DNA of 64,000 nt. Origin: Clostridia bacterium (lineage in GTDB: Bacteria; Bacillota; Clostridia; TANB77; CAG-508). How positions within the stretch are numbered: the first letter of the stretch is position 1; each line of letters starts with the position of its first letter. The position numbers and the translations under genes are program-made. A model generated the notes under the pieces. The model was given only the letters and a program-made list of their open reading frames with translations. It ran no database searches and was not told the origin of the DNA. The stretch lies in contig JBKUYM010000001.1 of NCBI GenBank assembly GCA_046964515.1, forward strand, positions 402,842 through 466,841, given 5' to 3'. Below, piece after piece: positions 10,095-21,045 of this stretch.

Positions 10095-12380
10095 ATGCAA
10101 GTTATTAAAAGAGATGGAAGGTTAGCCGAATTTAATCCAGAAAGAATCATAAAGGCAGTTACATTAGCTATGAGCCAAACACCAGGTGGTGTGGATATAG
10201 ATTTAGCCAATAAAATTGCAGATGGTGTAAAAAAACAGTTAGAAGACAAAAATCAAGTTTCAGTTTATGAAATTCAAGATTTAGTAGAAAAAAAATTAAT
10301 GTCATCTTCTAGAAAGGAAGTTGCACAAAGTTATATTACTTATCGTTATAACAGAGATGTTGCAAGAAAATCAAAGACAAAGGAAATGTTCTTAGAGATA
10401 ATAGAAACAAAATCAAATGATGTTACTAGAGAAAATGCGAATATGAATGCAGACACACCAGCAGGAATGATGATGAAATTTGCTTCTGAAACAACGAAAC
10501 CATTTGTAGATGATTTCTTACTTTCTAATGAAGCAAGGGAAGCTTTCCAAAAAGGCTATATCCATATTCATGATAAAGACTATTATCCAACCAAATCCTT
10601 GACTTGTCTACAACATCCATTAGATAAAATTCTAAAAAATGGATTTAAGGCAGGACACGGTGCTTCTAGACCTGCTAAAAGAATTGAAACTGCTAGTATT
10701 TTAGGTTGTATTTCTATGGAAACTGTACAAAATGAAATGCACGGAGGACAAGCTATTCCCGCTTTTGATTATTATTTAGCACCATATGTAAAAGCTACTT
10801 TTGTAGAAGAAATAAAGAAAATAGAAGCATTTTTAGATAAAGACTTATCACATTTATATGATTACCAAGTAAAAGATTATATAAAAAAAGATTTAAAAGG
10901 ATTACAGGGAGATCAAAGAGATATTCAAGCAGCGATTAATAATACGGTAGGTAGAGTACATCAATCTATGGAAGCTTTTATTCATAATATGAATACCATT
11001 CATTCCAGAGGAGGAAACCAAGTTGTTTTTAGTTCTGTAAATTACGGAACAGATACTTCTCCAGAAGGAAGATGTGTTATAAGAGAAATGTTGCTTTCTA
11101 CAGAAAGAGGTGTAGGAAATAACGAAACACCAATTTTCCCTATTCAAATATGGAAAAAGAAGAGAGGTGTAAATTATTTACCAGAAGATCCAAACTACGA
11201 TTTATATAAATTAGCTTGCCGTGTAACAGCAAAAAGATTTTTCCCTAACTTTATTAACTTAGATGCTACTTTCAATCAACATCCAAAGTGGAACAAAGAT
11301 GATCCAAACAGATATATGTATGAGTGTGCAACAATGGGATGTAGAACAAGAGTATTTAAGGATAGACATGGAGAAGATACCTCTATTGGAAGAGGAAATA
11401 TATCTTTTACCACTATTAATCTACCAAGACTTGCTATTGAGTCTGCTTACGAAGCACAAGAGCAAACAGGTATTAGCTTTATATTAGGCAGAGGTAGCGA
11501 AGAAAATATGACAGTGGCATACAAAAAAGCAGTGAAAAAAATCTTTATGCAAAAATTAGAAAAATATTGTGATATTACAGCAAGACAGTTATATGATAGA
11601 TATAAATTTCAAGCAACAGCTATTGCAAAACAATTCCCATTGTTAATGAGTGGATTATGGGAAGGTAGTGATGAATTAAAACCAACAGATAGCATTGCAC
11701 CGGTTATCAAACATGGAACATTAGGATTAGGTTTCATTGGACTTGCAGAATGTTTAACCGTACTTACAGGAAAACATCATGGAGAATCTAATGCTTCTCA
11801 AGAATTAGGATTAGAAATTGTAGGACTAATTCATGAGTGCTGTGATAATTATTCAGAAAGATATGATTTAAATTATTCTGTTTTAGCAACACCGGCAGAG
11901 GGCTTATCAGGAAGATTTACAAAAATAGATACCAAAGAATTTGGAACAATCTTAGGTGTAACAGATAGAGAATATTATACCAATAGTAATCATGTTCCTG
12001 TATGGTATAAATGTACAGCAGAACATAAAGCAAAGATTGAAGCACCATATCATGCCTTAACAGAAGGTGGCCATATCTTTTACATAGAATTAGATGGTGA
12101 TGCAACCCATAACCCAGATACAGTAGAAGCCGTTGTAGACTTAATGGACAAGTATAATATGGGATATGGTAGTGTTAACCATACAAGGTCAAGATGTATG
12201 GATTGTGGATTTGAAAATGCAGATGCAGAATTAAAAGAATGTCCAATGTGTGGAAGTAAAAATATTGATACGATTCAAAGAATTACTGGTTATTTAGTAG
12301 GAACAACAGATAGATGGAATAATGCAAAAAGAGCAGAATTAAGAGATAGAGTAACGCATATTGGAGGAGACGATAGATAA
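10095..12380 (+). CDS. nrdD: Anaerobic ribonucleoside-triphosphate reductase (class III)
   Basis: N-terminal ATP-cone (VIKRDGRLAEFNPERI). C-terminal glycyl-radical region RITGYLVG. Zn ribbon CMDCGF...CPMCGS. Confidence 0.9.
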   Translation: MQVIKRDGRLAEFNPERIIKAVTLAMSQTPGGVDIDLANKIADGVKKQLEDKNQVSVYEIQDLVEKKLMSSSRKEVAQSYITYRYNRDVARKSKTKEMFLEIIETKSNDVTRENANMNADTPAGMMMKFASETTKPFVDDFLLSNEAREAFQKGYIHIHDKDYYPTKSLTCLQHPLDKILKNGFKAGHGASRPAKRIETASILGCISMETVQNEMHGGQAIPAFDYYLAPYVKATFVEEIKKIEAFLDKDLSHLYDYQVKDYIKKDLKGLQGDQRDIQAAINNTVGRVHQSMEAFIHNMNTIHSRGGNQVVFSSVNYGTDTSPEGRCVIREMLLSTERGVGNNETPIFPIQIWKKKRGVNYLPEDPNYDLYKLACRVTAKRFFPNFINLDATFNQHPKWNKDDPNRYMYECATMGCRTRVFKDRHGEDTSIGRGNISFTTINLPRLAIESAYEAQEQTGISFILGRGSEENMTVAYKKAVKKIFMQKLEKYCDITARQLYDRYKFQATAIAKQFPLLMSGLWEGSDELKPTDSIAPVIKHGTLGLGFIGLAECLTVLTGKHHGESNASQELGLEIVGLIHECCDNYSERYDLNYSVLATPAEGLSGRFTKIDTKEFGTILGVTDREYYTNSNHVPVWYKCTAEHKAKIEAPYHALTEGGHIFYIELDGDATHNPDTVEAVVDLMDKYNMGYGSVNHTRSRCMDCGFENADAELKECPMCGSKNIDTIQRITGYLVGTTDRWNNAKRAELRDRVTHIGGDDR

Positions 12381-12396
12381 GAGGGGGAGACAATAG

Positions 12397-12900
12397 ATGA
12401 AAATGGCAGGATTTTATGATGAAAGTATATCAAATGGACTTGGATGGAGAGCCGTATTATTTGTAAGTGGATGTCCACATCATTGCCCAGGATGCCATAA
12501 TGCACAAGCACAAGATTATAATTATGGTGAAGAATTTGATAAAACCAAAATCATCAATAAGATTTGTGAAAATTCTATATTAAAAGGTATTACCATTAGT
12601 GGAGGAGAGCCACTTTGTGAAGAAAATTTACCAGAAGTAGTAGATTTTATTAAAGAAGTAAAAAAAGTAAAGCCTAATTTTAATGTATGGTGCTATTCCG
12701 GTTACACATTAGAGCAATTAGAAGCTAGAAAGGATAACATCACAAAAGAAGCTTTAAAACAAATAGATGTACTAGTAGATGGCAGATTTGTACAAGAAAA
12801 GAAAAATCCAACTTTAAAATTTAGAGGCTCAGAAAACCAAAGAATAGTAGATGTACGAAATAGTTTAAAGGAACATAAGATAATAGAGATGGCAATATAG
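12397..12900 (+). CDS. nrdG: Anaerobic ribonucleotide reductase activating protein (radical SAM)
   Basis: GCPHHCPGCHN cluster motif. 167 aa, immediately downstream of nrdD. Confidence 0.85.
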   Translation: MKMAGFYDESISNGLGWRAVLFVSGCPHHCPGCHNAQAQDYNYGEEFDKTKIINKICENSILKGITISGGEPLCEENLPEVVDFIKEVKKVKPNFNVWCYSGYTLEQLEARKDNITKEALKQIDVLVDGRFVQEKKNPTLKFRGSENQRIVDVRNSLKEHKIIEMAI

Positions 12901-12921
12901 AGAGTTATAAAAAAGAATAGG

Positions 12922-12956
12922 AGAACATATCTAAAAAAGATATGTTCTTTTCTATG
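12922..12956 (+). terminator. Intrinsic terminator after nrdG
   Basis: gagaacatatc-taaaaaa-gatatgttct plus ttt. Confidence 0.6.
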
Positions 12957-13079
12957 TAAAGTTGTGTTTATACAAGTAAAATAAAAAACTAAAAAAGATA
13001 AAAGGTATTGTTATAATAAAAACAAGCATAAAATACAATTCGCTCTAGTTAGCAAACTAGAGTAAAAAGGAGACGACTT

Positions 13080-14165
13080 ATGAAAACAGAAAAAGGCATT
13101 ACCTTAATATCTTTAGTTATTATAATTATAATCTTGACTATTTTAGTAGGGATTGGTTTAAATGTAACGATAGGAGCAGATGGAATTATTACAAGAGCCA
13201 AGCAAGCAAAACAAAATATCATTTTAGCAGGAGAAGCAGAAGCCATGCAATTAAATCAACTTTACTATGAATTAGAAACAGGGGGAGAATTAACAGAAGA
13301 TGAAGAAAGTAGTAAAAAAGACGAAATTATTAGCTTACTGCAAAAGCAAGTAGAAGACTTACAAAAACAAGTAGCTGTTTTACAGACAGAAAATACCAAT
13401 TTAAAAAAACAAATACAAGAATTAATGGAACAAATAAACCAGTTACAGCAAGAAATAGTAAATTTGAAAGCACAAATAGCTAGTAAAGATATAGAAATAG
13501 CAGAACTAAAAGAACAAGTAAGTGAAAAAGAATTGAAAATTAAAGAACTACAAAATCAATTAAATAGCTTAAATTCTTTATTATCACAGACAAATAGCAC
13601 AGCTGATAAAATTCTATTTGGCTATAAAGCCTATAGTGAAGGAAAATTATTAACAGGAACTATGGTTAATCGAGGAGCGGTAAGTAGTAACTTAAATGCA
13701 GGGCAAAGTTATACTATACCAGCAGGTTATCACAATGGTTCTGGAAAAATAATAGCCAATAACTTAGCCGATCAGACACAAGCAACTGCCGATGCCTCTC
13801 AAATTATACTAGGATATACTGCCTGGGTAAATGGAAATAAATTAACAGGAACCAATAAAGGATATGAAGAAGGCTATAATGCGGGGAAAAACGAAGGAGA
13901 AGCTAGTAGTATAAACAATAGTAAAGTAAGATTGATTTACTATGGACCAAATAATAACTGGTGTATTGCAGGGATTATGATTCCTAATACAGCTACAAAA
14001 GTGTATTGCTCAAATGGGCAGATAACGATATTTAATACTTATGATGACTTAGGACCCTATGCAATAGCTACTTTAAGTAATGGAGACAATGTAGTAAACT
14101 ATAGAGGAAAGATAGCAGGCGTAAGAGTTAATGGACAAAATAATGCATTATTATGGTTTGAATAA
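13080..14165 (+). CDS. Pilin-like N-terminus family protein P2 with a long coiled-coil and a C-terminal beta-rich domain
   Basis: N-terminus MKTEKG|ITLISLVIIIIILTILVGIGLNVTIGADGIITRAKQAKQN. About 100-aa heptad-rich segment (LQKQVEDLQKQVAVLQTEN...). Shares the EDEESxKKDEIIS motif with P4. GGAG RBS. Confidence 0.7.
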   Translation: MKTEKGITLISLVIIIIILTILVGIGLNVTIGADGIITRAKQAKQNIILAGEAEAMQLNQLYYELETGGELTEDEESSKKDEIISLLQKQVEDLQKQVAVLQTENTNLKKQIQELMEQINQLQQEIVNLKAQIASKDIEIAELKEQVSEKELKIKELQNQLNSLNSLLSQTNSTADKILFGYKAYSEGKLLTGTMVNRGAVSSNLNAGQSYTIPAGYHNGSGKIIANNLADQTQATADASQIILGYTAWVNGNKLTGTNKGYEEGYNAGKNEGEASSINNSKVRLIYYGPNNNWCIAGIMIPNTATKVYCSNGQITIFNTYDDLGPYAIATLSNGDNVVNYRGKIAGVRVNGQNNALLWFE

Positions 14166-14427
14166 TCAAAAAATAGTTGGCTACAAAAATGAAAATATAT
14201 TTTGCTTAGTCAGGAAAAGACATTGTATTTTACTACCTTTTATGATAAAATAAAAACAATTCTGTGAAAAGAAAGAATAAAAAACAAGATAAAATAAAAA
14301 ATATATCACAAAATGCAAAAAACTTTTTTAATTCTCGTCGTAAAACCGACAAATAATGAAGGTTTCTTGTACTACAATAGAAGACAAGAAAAAAACAAAA
14401 GAATTAAAGAAGTAAGAGGTGGTAAGG

Positions 14428-16926
14428 ATGTTTCAAAATATAGCAAGAGATTTTGACGATGAGCAAAATCAAAATGAGGATGTAGAATTTCATAGGAAAA
14501 GGACTATAAAAGAAGTTATTCAAAATTGTTTTACAAAACAAGCTATAATAGTATATGTATTATCTTTTATGCTTTCCTTAGTAGGGTTTGGAAAAGATAG
14601 TAGTATAGCACCATTTGGAATTGCTATGTTAGCAGCCATATTAGGTAATGGTATACCAATTGGTATTAGTACAATTTTAGTAGGAATAGGTACATTTCTT
14701 TCTTATGGAGGAAATAGTACTTTAAATCTTTTATTAATTGTTCTTTTATTGACGTTTAGTATTTTAATAAAAGCACCTAAATATCAAGCAGAAGCTAATG
14801 AAAAAAGAAAATTAGGTTTACGTTTGTTTGTCATTGGTTTTTTGGTACAAGCTGGAAATATGTTCTTTAGAGACTTCTTAGTATATGATTTATTAGTTAG
14901 CTTTATGTACAGTATTTCTGCCTATATCTTTTACAAAATATTTGTTAATTCCATGAGCGTGGTAACGAAATTGGGAGAAAAAAACGTTTGCTCCATAGAA
15001 GAAGTAATGGGAGCCAGTTTATTAGTTACCATAGCACTTTGTGCATTAGGTCAAACGAGCATCTTTGGTTATACGCTTCGTAATATTGCTTGTATCTTAA
15101 TCGTATTAGTAATGGGATGGAAACATGGTATTTTAGTAGGCGGAACAGCTGGTATAACCATAGGCGCCGTATTAGGTATTATTGGAAATAGTGAGCCAAT
15201 TATGATAGCCTCTTATGCCTTGTCTGGAATGATAGCTGGTATTTTTAATCATTTTGGAAAAATAGGTGTTATTCTAGGATTTATTCTGGGAAATATAGGG
15301 ATTACTTATTGCTTTAATGGGCAGACACAATCGATTATTATGATGCAAGAAATTATGATAGCTTCTTTAGGACTATTAGCGATTCCAAAGAATATCGGCA
15401 TAGACATAGAAGACAGGATAGGTAATACAAAATTATTACCTACTTCTACAGGGCATAATTTAGAAGAAAATAAGCAAACGATTTATAAATTAAATTCTAT
15501 GTCAGAGACAATATCGGAGATTGCTAGAACTTATCAAGAAGCAGCGGCAACGGTAGTAGAAGAGGAAGAAATCGAAAAACAAGAACAAGATAATGAAAGT
15601 ATTTTCGAAAGAGAACTACAAAATAATTTAGAAGGCTATGAGGAAAATATTTTATTTGAAGATTTATATACACCAGAAGAAGACTTATTAAAAGATATAT
15701 TTACCACATTATTACAAAAAGAAAAATTATCTAGAAAAGACTTATTATCTATTTTTGCAAAACATAATAATTATATAGTAGGACTAGATGATTCCTATGT
15801 AAATGATAGTATAGAAGACGATGTAGGAAGAATGGTAAAAATTATTAATGAATCTTATAAAATGAGTAAAATTAATTTTATTTGGAAAAAGAAACTACAG
15901 GAAAATCAAAAAGCCGTTTCTAATCAATTAGAAGAAGTATCTAAGGCAATTGGTGCTTTGGCTGATGAAATGGAAACCATAGAAGAAGACCCTTTTGCAG
16001 AAGAACAAGAAGAAATAAAAACATTATTAGAGCAAAAAGAAATTTTTATTAGTAAAGTAAATATTAAAAAAGAAAAAACAGGCAGAATGGAAGTGACTTT
16101 ATACACACCTGTGTGCGAAAATGTGGAAAAACCAACCTGTGATATTAAAAAAATGAGTAAAATCATTAGTAAAATATTAGAACAGAACATGATAATACAA
16201 AAGCAAGAGTGTGGTTTCAGAAATCATCAAACAGAATGTAGTTATACTTTTTTATCAGAGGATAAACAAACTGTCCAAATTGGTGTTGCCAAAGCGACAA
16301 AAAAAGGCTCTGCTATGTCAGGAGATACTTGCGTACAAACAAGATTAGCAGATGGAAAATACCTATTGGCTATTAGCGATGGTATGGGATCAGGAAAAGA
16401 AGCTAGAAGAAGTAGTAAAATGGCAATAGGGATGCTAGAAAAGTTACTTTCTTCGGGATTTGATAAAGATACATCTTTACGTTTAATTAATTCCACATTA
16501 ACAGCATCTCATCAAGGAGAAGATATGTATGCAACTCTAGACATAGGTATTTTAGATTTATATGCAGGAAATCTAGAATTCATAAAAAATGCAGCGTGTC
16601 CAACCTATATAAAAAATAAGAGAAATGTACAAATTTTAAAATCTATTGCTTTACCAACAGGTATTTTAACAGATATTGATTTAGTGGTGTATGATAGAGA
16701 TTTACAAGATGGGGATATCATTGTTATGTGTAGTGATGGTATTTTAGAATCTTCATCAGAATATACCAATAAAGAATTATGGCTACAATTTTTGTTAGAA
16801 GAAATAGAGACACAAGATGTCCAGAAAATAGCAGATATTATTTTACAAGAGGCGATTGATAATGATTATGGCGTAGAAAAAGATGATATGACCGTTATGG
16901 TTGCAAAAATTAAAAACAAGGCTTAA
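14428..16926 (+). CDS. spoIIE: Stage II sporulation protein E (PP2C phosphatase with an N-terminal 10-TM domain)
   Basis: About 830 aa. N-terminal polytopic region. C-terminal PP2C motifs (AISDGMGSGKEA, MCSDGILE). ATG at 14428 with an AAGAGGTGG RBS; the ORF track begins at a GTG at 14419. Confidence 0.85.
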   Translation: MFQNIARDFDDEQNQNEDVEFHRKRTIKEVIQNCFTKQAIIVYVLSFMLSLVGFGKDSSIAPFGIAMLAAILGNGIPIGISTILVGIGTFLSYGGNSTLNLLLIVLLLTFSILIKAPKYQAEANEKRKLGLRLFVIGFLVQAGNMFFRDFLVYDLLVSFMYSISAYIFYKIFVNSMSVVTKLGEKNVCSIEEVMGASLLVTIALCALGQTSIFGYTLRNIACILIVLVMGWKHGILVGGTAGITIGAVLGIIGNSEPIMIASYALSGMIAGIFNHFGKIGVILGFILGNIGITYCFNGQTQSIIMMQEIMIASLGLLAIPKNIGIDIEDRIGNTKLLPTSTGHNLEENKQTIYKLNSMSETISEIARTYQEAAATVVEEEEIEKQEQDNESIFERELQNNLEGYEENILFEDLYTPEEDLLKDIFTTLLQKEKLSRKDLLSIFAKHNNYIVGLDDSYVNDSIEDDVGRMVKIINESYKMSKINFIWKKKLQENQKAVSNQLEEVSKAIGALADEMETIEEDPFAEEQEEIKTLLEQKEIFISKVNIKKEKTGRMEVTLYTPVCENVEKPTCDIKKMSKIISKILEQNMIIQKQECGFRNHQTECSYTFLSEDKQTVQIGVAKATKKGSAMSGDTCVQTRLADGKYLLAISDGMGSGKEARRSSKMAIGMLEKLLSSGFDKDTSLRLINSTLTASHQGEDMYATLDIGILDLYAGNLEFIKNAACPTYIKNKRNVQILKSIALPTGILTDIDLVVYDRDLQDGDIIVMCSDGILESSSEYTNKELWLQFLLEEIETQDVQKIADIILQEAIDNDYGVEKDDMTVMVAKIKNKA

Positions 16927-16941
16927 AACCCTTGTTTTTTT
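16915..16941 (+). terminator. Intrinsic terminator after spoIIE
   Basis: aacaagg-cttaaaac-ccttgtt plus tttttt. Confidence 0.6.
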
Positions 16942-17017
16942 GTGATAAAATATGATATAGTAAAATAGGAAAAGAAGAAAAATGTAGTTAAATGTCATAA
17001 AAGCGGAGGAATAAAAC

Positions 17018-18547
17018 ATGAGTAGAGGAAAAAGATATAGTGGAGAGCAAAAATTAAACATGAAAAAAGTAATAGCTGTTATAATGGCCATAGTGGTATT
17101 AATCATGTTTGTTGTCGTTATTATGAAATTATTAGAAGGAAAGGCAGATACAAAAGATAAATCTTTTGCATTAGCGTATTATACCGTTTATGAAAATGAT
17201 AAATGGGGTGTTATTGACACAAAAGGAAATTATATTATAAAACCAACATATGAAGAAATGATTGTCATACCAGATGAAACAAAACCAGTCTTTATTTGTA
17301 CATATGATGTTAATTATGCACAAGGAACTTATTCATCTAAAGTGGTTAATGCAAAAAATGAAACCATATATAATCAATATGATAAAGTAGAAGCCATTAG
17401 CAATTATGATGAAAATAACAGTCTATGGTACATGAAAAACATACTAAAAGTCCAAAAAGATGAAAAATATGGATTAATAAATATGGATGGAAAAGAATTA
17501 ATGGGATGTCAATATGAAAAAATAGAGCCTTTGGTAGGCGTTAATTCTGTTCTAGTTACTACTAAAAATGGAAAGCAAGGATTAGTAGATGCTGTAGGAA
17601 AAGAAATTATCCCAAATGAATATGCCAGTATACAAGCATTAACAAAGCAATATGAAAATGGTTTTATTGTTAAAACACAAGATAATCAATATGGTATTAT
17701 AGACTATGATAAAACCACTGCCCTAGAAACCAAGTATCAAGATATCCAACCAGTATATGGAAACCATACCTATGTTGTAAAAGAAAATGGAACATGGAAA
17801 ATAATAGACAAAGAAGGAAAAGTTTATTTACAAACAGGATTTGAAGAAGTAAAGGAAATTACAAACCATACCTTTATCATTAAAAAAGCAGGAAAATATG
17901 GCATTATAGATAGAGAGGGAAAAGAAATCGTACCAAACAGTTATGATGACCTTACCTTTGCCTTTGAAAATAATTATATTGCAAAAAAAGGAAATAACTA
18001 TGGTATGATTGATAGCACCAATCAAACCAAAATAGATTTTATTTACCAATATATTAGTTATGATAAAGATGCAGATATTATTAGAGCAGAAAAAGAAGAT
18101 GCACAAACCGATTTACTAGATAGAAATATGCAAGTAAAAGTAACGGGGGTTATTAATCAAATCAATAAAGACAAAAACTTTATAAGAGTAAGACAAGGAG
18201 AAAGCTACACTTACTATAACTTTAAATTAGAAGAAAAAAAGAATACAGAATTATTAACTGGTAATACCCTATTCCTAAGTAAAAAAGACGGAAAGTATGG
18301 CTATGTTAATGAAAAAGGTGTAGTAATTGTTAATTATATATATGACGACGCCACAGAACAAAATAAATATGGTTATGTCGCTGTCAAAAAAGACGGAAAA
18401 TGGGGAGCACTAGATGCAAAAGCAAATACCATTGTAGAACCAACTTATACACTAGAAAATAACCTAGTAATAGACTTCATTGGCAAATGGCATTTAGCAG
18501 AAGACCTAAACGCAAACTATTACACAGATAGGGACGGGCTTAATTAG
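17018..18547 (+). CDS. Membrane-anchored WG-repeat (KWG) protein
   Basis: N-terminal TM followed by about 10 repeats of the form KYG(L/I)ID..GK.(I/V).P.Y, the WG-repeat family pattern. GGAGGA RBS. Confidence 0.65.
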   Translation: MSRGKRYSGEQKLNMKKVIAVIMAIVVLIMFVVVIMKLLEGKADTKDKSFALAYYTVYENDKWGVIDTKGNYIIKPTYEEMIVIPDETKPVFICTYDVNYAQGTYSSKVVNAKNETIYNQYDKVEAISNYDENNSLWYMKNILKVQKDEKYGLINMDGKELMGCQYEKIEPLVGVNSVLVTTKNGKQGLVDAVGKEIIPNEYASIQALTKQYENGFIVKTQDNQYGIIDYDKTTALETKYQDIQPVYGNHTYVVKENGTWKIIDKEGKVYLQTGFEEVKEITNHTFIIKKAGKYGIIDREGKEIVPNSYDDLTFAFENNYIAKKGNNYGMIDSTNQTKIDFIYQYISYDKDADIIRAEKEDAQTDLLDRNMQVKVTGVINQINKDKNFIRVRQGESYTYYNFKLEEKKNTELLTGNTLFLSKKDGKYGYVNEKGVVIVNYIYDDATEQNKYGYVAVKKDGKWGALDAKANTIVEPTYTLENNLVIDFIGKWHLAEDLNANYYTDRDGLN

Positions 18548-18573
18548 TTTAAGCAAAAACAAGGGAGGAAACC

Positions 18574-19815
18574 ATGGAACTAAAGATGAAATATCAGTAT
18601 TCCTATTTTATTCATCCATTTGTGATAGATGAAAAAAAATATGAGCAGTATTTACTGAAATTATTAAAGGATAAGCATTGTAAGCTAAAAATATTTGAGA
18701 AAGAAAAAGATTTAGATATTTATACTTATTTTTTACCAACTGTACGACAATATATGTTTGCTACATTTGATTGGGATAAAGAAAAGGAAAAACAATTAGA
18801 CTCTTTTGATGAGCATACAAAATCTATTTTACTTTCTAAATTACCATGCACTATTTTTGAATACCAATTAGGAGAAGATGTACAAGGAAAAGTGGGAGAA
18901 AAAAATGGTATCTTCTTTAGTGTAACCAAAATGGAAATTATTTGTTTTCAAACAGGAATTGGATTTATTACCATGAAAACTAATATAGAGCAAGAAGAAA
19001 CTTTCTCAGATATTTTAAATTTTAATTATAAATTCAGAGATATTAATTCTGACTTTATATCTCTAAAAGAATATGAAAATATACGATTACAGACAAGTAG
19101 TTTTAAAGATATAAAAGATTTAAATACCATTATAAAAAAAATAACCGGTTCTAATAAAGATGCCAAGCAGATGAACTTAGAAGATGAGCGATTTTTGACC
19201 TATTCATATGCCTGTATTGATCAAGAACAATGGAATGAAAATAAACCTTTTGAGGAAATACAAGGAGAATTTTTAAAATTTACCCATATACTTCCTAGTA
19301 ATACCCAAGTTAATTTGGAAGTAAATACAGAAGAAATGCTATCTTTTCAAAGTTTAAAATATGCAAAACTAGGTGTTACAAAACAAGGAACCGTATTATT
19401 AACGTCTACAGTAAATACACAAAATTACACAAAAGTTCCATATGCTTTTGAAAGAGAATATTTATATATGTATATACTGACTCTATATAAAAAGCTATAC
19501 CTAAAAAAGGTTAACCTAGAATTAAAGAGCGCTAAAAACTTTGAAAATGCAAGACAGCAGTTTATTGATTTTACGCAATCCATATGGATACAAGAAATAA
19601 CAAATGATATAGGTGGTAGTAGATTATATCATAAATGGAAACAGACATTAGAATTAGACAATCTTTATTTAGAAATGAAAAACAAATATGATGTAGTTTA
19701 TAAAGACTTAAATATAGACAAGAATAGAAAAATTAGTTATATAATAGCAATTGTTTTAATAGGTATTTTAGGATTAAATATCGTTAATTTTATTTTATTA
19801 TTTATTAAAAAGTAA
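18574..19815 (+). CDS. Hypothetical protein with a single C-terminal TM
   Basis: Long ORF with a GGGAGGA RBS and no recognisable motif. C-terminal hydrophobic segment YIIAIVLIGILGLNIVNFILLFI. Confidence 0.5.
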   Translation: MELKMKYQYSYFIHPFVIDEKKYEQYLLKLLKDKHCKLKIFEKEKDLDIYTYFLPTVRQYMFATFDWDKEKEKQLDSFDEHTKSILLSKLPCTIFEYQLGEDVQGKVGEKNGIFFSVTKMEIICFQTGIGFITMKTNIEQEETFSDILNFNYKFRDINSDFISLKEYENIRLQTSSFKDIKDLNTIIKKITGSNKDAKQMNLEDERFLTYSYACIDQEQWNENKPFEEIQGEFLKFTHILPSNTQVNLEVNTEEMLSFQSLKYAKLGVTKQGTVLLTSTVNTQNYTKVPYAFEREYLYMYILTLYKKLYLKKVNLELKSAKNFENARQQFIDFTQSIWIQEITNDIGGSRLYHKWKQTLELDNLYLEMKNKYDVVYKDLNIDKNRKISYIIAIVLIGILGLNIVNFILLFIKK

Positions 19816-19829
19816 AAGAAAGAGGATAT

Positions 19830-20207
19830 ATGAAATTAACTTGTGGAACAGATATCATTGAAATTCAAAGGATAAAAGAGGCTATAGAAAATTTGGGAGA
19901 GAAGTTTTTAAAAAGAGTCTACACACAAGAGGAGATTATTTATTGTAATAGTCATCATATGGCAAAATATCAGCATTTTGCTGCTAGATTTGCTGCAAAA
20001 GAAGCTGTGTTTAAAGCCTTGTCTTATCAAATTCTTAACAAATACCAAATAGAATGGACGAATATAGAAATAAAAAATGATAAACAAGGAAAACCATATG
20101 TAGTATTACATGAAATGGCTACTAATAAAATAGAAACTATGGATATTAGTATTTCACATTGTAAAACTTATGCAGTAGCTAATGCGGTTATACTATTTCA
20201 AGAATGA
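19830..20207 (+). CDS. acpS: Holo-[acyl-carrier-protein] synthase (4'-phosphopantetheinyl transferase)
   Basis: 125 aa. The GTDIIEIQRI N-terminus and overall AcpS architecture. Confidence 0.8.
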   Translation: MKLTCGTDIIEIQRIKEAIENLGEKFLKRVYTQEEIIYCNSHHMAKYQHFAARFAAKEAVFKALSYQILNKYQIEWTNIEIKNDKQGKPYVVLHEMATNKIETMDISISHCKTYAVANAVILFQE

Positions 20208-20995
20208 AAGGAAAATATATGGAATTTTTTGATTCACATGCCCATTATAATGATGAAAAATTTGACCAAGATAGAGAAAAAATTATAAAAGAAACTTATG
20301 CAGAAGGTGTCTCTAGATGGATTTGTGCAGGTTATGACATTACTTCTTCGGAAAAAAGTATTCAGTTAGCAAGTAAGTATACGCCAATTTATGCTATCTG
20401 TGGTATTTCACCAAATGATGTACCACAAGATACAAAAAATATAGAATCAGAGATAAGAAAAATAGAAGAGATGCTAAATTACCCCAAAGTAGTAGCTGTA
20501 GGAGAAATTGGTTTAGATTATTATTGGAATAAGGAAAATAAACAAATACAAAGGGAGGTTTTTCAAAAGCAAATTGCGATAGCTAATCAAAAACAGTTAC
20601 CAATTGTTATCCATACAAGAGAAGCAATAGAAGATACCATAACTATATTAAAGCAACATCCCGTACAAAAAAGAGGCATTCTTCATTGTTGTCCGTTTAA
20701 TCGAGAATTAGTAAAAGAAGCTTTGAAATTGGATTTTTATATTTCTTTTGCAGGACCCGTTACTTTTAAAAATGCTAAAAATGCAGAAGAAATTGTAAAA
20801 ATGGTTCCACTAAATCGTATAGTAATTGAAACAGATAGCCCATATTTGGCGCCAGAACCTAAAAGAGGTACTAGAAATGACTGCAGAAATGTAAAATTCA
20901 TTGCACAAAAAATAGCAGATTTTAAACAAATGCCAATAGAAGAAATAGCTAGAATTACCTATCAGAATGCTAATACCATATTTGAAATATCATAA
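20204..20995 (+). CDS. tatD: TatD-family metal-dependent hydrolase (DNase)
   Basis: FDSHAHYND metal-binding start and GEIGLDYYW motif. Overlaps the acpS stop. Confidence 0.85.
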   Translation: MKGKYMEFFDSHAHYNDEKFDQDREKIIKETYAEGVSRWICAGYDITSSEKSIQLASKYTPIYAICGISPNDVPQDTKNIESEIRKIEEMLNYPKVVAVGEIGLDYYWNKENKQIQREVFQKQIAIANQKQLPIVIHTREAIEDTITILKQHPVQKRGILHCCPFNRELVKEALKLDFYISFAGPVTFKNAKNAEEIVKMVPLNRIVIETDSPYLAPEPKRGTRNDCRNVKFIAQKIADFKQMPIEEIARITYQNANTIFEIS

Positions 20996-21045
20996 GAAAT
21001 AGGATATATCTTAAAAAAGATATATCCTATTTTAATGAAAATATT

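Noticed and set aside
9549-10249. Three overlapping minus-strand ORFs (83-94 aa) in the nrdD upstream region
   Set aside because: Phe/Tyr/Ile-rich translations of A/T-rich non-coding DNA with no RBS. The region is better explained by promoter, operator and terminator elements.
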